64,000 nt of DNA from Octopus vulgaris (lineage: Eukaryota): assembly GCA_951406725.2 (NCBI GenBank), contig OX597835.1:15500001-15564000 (forward strand), in the 5' to 3' direction. The notes beneath the pieces were generated by a model that saw only the letters and a list, made by a program, of their open reading frames with translations, was not told where the DNA came from and did no database searches. The translations under genes were made by a program, and so were the position numbers. Shown in pieces: positions 62,937 to 64,000 of the stretch. Position 1 is the stretch's first letter, and each line of letters starts with the position of its first letter.

Positions 62937-62969
<33 letters not shown>

Positions 62970-64000
62970 TATCATTTAATGTTTGTTGTCCATGATGGCA
63001 TGGGCTGGATGGTTTGACTGGGCTGGTATGCTGGAAGGCATACCAGTCTGATTTGGCATGGTTTTCTATGGCTGGATGCCCTTCTTAATGTCAACCACTC
63101 CAAGAGTAATGAGTGCTTGTACGTTCCACTAGCATGGGTACCATTTGTGTGACACCGGGGTGCGTTTATGTGCCAATTTGCATGACACGGTATCTGCCAT
63201 GACTGCGATTTTGCTCGGCTTGATGGGCCGCCTTCTTAAGCACAACATAATGCCAAAGGTCTTGGTCATTGCCTCCGTGAAGCCCAGCACTCGAAATATG
63301 TATCTATATATACACATACAATGGGCTTCTTTCTGTTTCTGTCTGCCAAATCCACTCACAAGGCCTTGGCAAGCCTGAGGCTATAATAGTAGATGACACT
63401 TGTCCAAAGTACTGCACAGTGGGACTGAACCTGGAACCATGTGGTTGAGAAGAAAGCTTCTTGCCACACAGTCACATCTATAAATGTATTTGGTATGCAT
63501 TTAAACTGGCCACATCAGCCCAAATAGCAGCTTTATACACAAACTGGCCAGATCCAGCCTCCCACGCACATACCCTACATCATTTGAAAAATAAATGATC
63601 ACATTGTCAAAATATTGTTGCTATGAGATAATGCATAATTAATTCAAACTAATGTGATTAAACAGAAATCTCATTAGACAGAGTAATCTGAATGTTAAAT
63701 GGTTAAATGTCTGCATTTGTAATTACATGGCCATGTTTAAGAAAATGAAACAACAGGCATTTCACATTTTCAGGAAATGAAACTGGATAATCTTAATCAT
63801 CATCATCATCATCATCATCATCGTTTAGCGTCCGTTCTCCATGCTAGCATGGGTTGGACGGTTCGACCGGGGATCTGGGAAGCCAGAAGGCTGCACCAGG
63901 CTCCGGTCAATGTTTCTACAGCTGGATGCCCTTCCTAACGCCAACCACTCCGTGAGTGTAGTGGGTGCTTTTTACGTGCCACCTGCACTGGTGCCAGGCG

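Overview
Eukaryotic, AT-rich, repeat-dense animal DNA. The SINE families and (TA)n/(CAT)n microsatellites look like an octopus genome (inference). The ORF track is mostly repeat noise; the real genes are spliced. I reconstructed three + strand genes by hand from GT-AG exons with consistent phases. (1) The 3' part of RRP5/PDCD11: 15 exons, 605-30757, 699 aa, S1 domains plus the C-terminal HAT/TPR region. (2) A complete MRPS31: 8 exons, 34952-46579, 317 aa. (3) The first coding exon of UBR4 (53925-54037), followed by a long intron. Introns and intergenic DNA carry tRNA-derived SINEs, non-autonomous Helitrons (including a head-to-tail concatemer), piggyBac/hAT/Tc1-mariner MITEs, and RTE, CR1, mariner and Merlin relics. 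A 2.86 kb foldback element with ~1.25-1.3 kb inverted arms sits just upstream of UBR4. The most unusual signal is RNA structure. A nine-copy ~172 bp tandem array in an RRP5 intron folds, in every unit, into a minimal type I hammerhead ribozyme with the core pair swapped (G3-C8 instead of C3-G8). Several other hammerhead motifs occur in unrelated repeats, including a tRNA-headed SINE present as head-to-head inverted dimers. No cleavage activity or database identity was tested.
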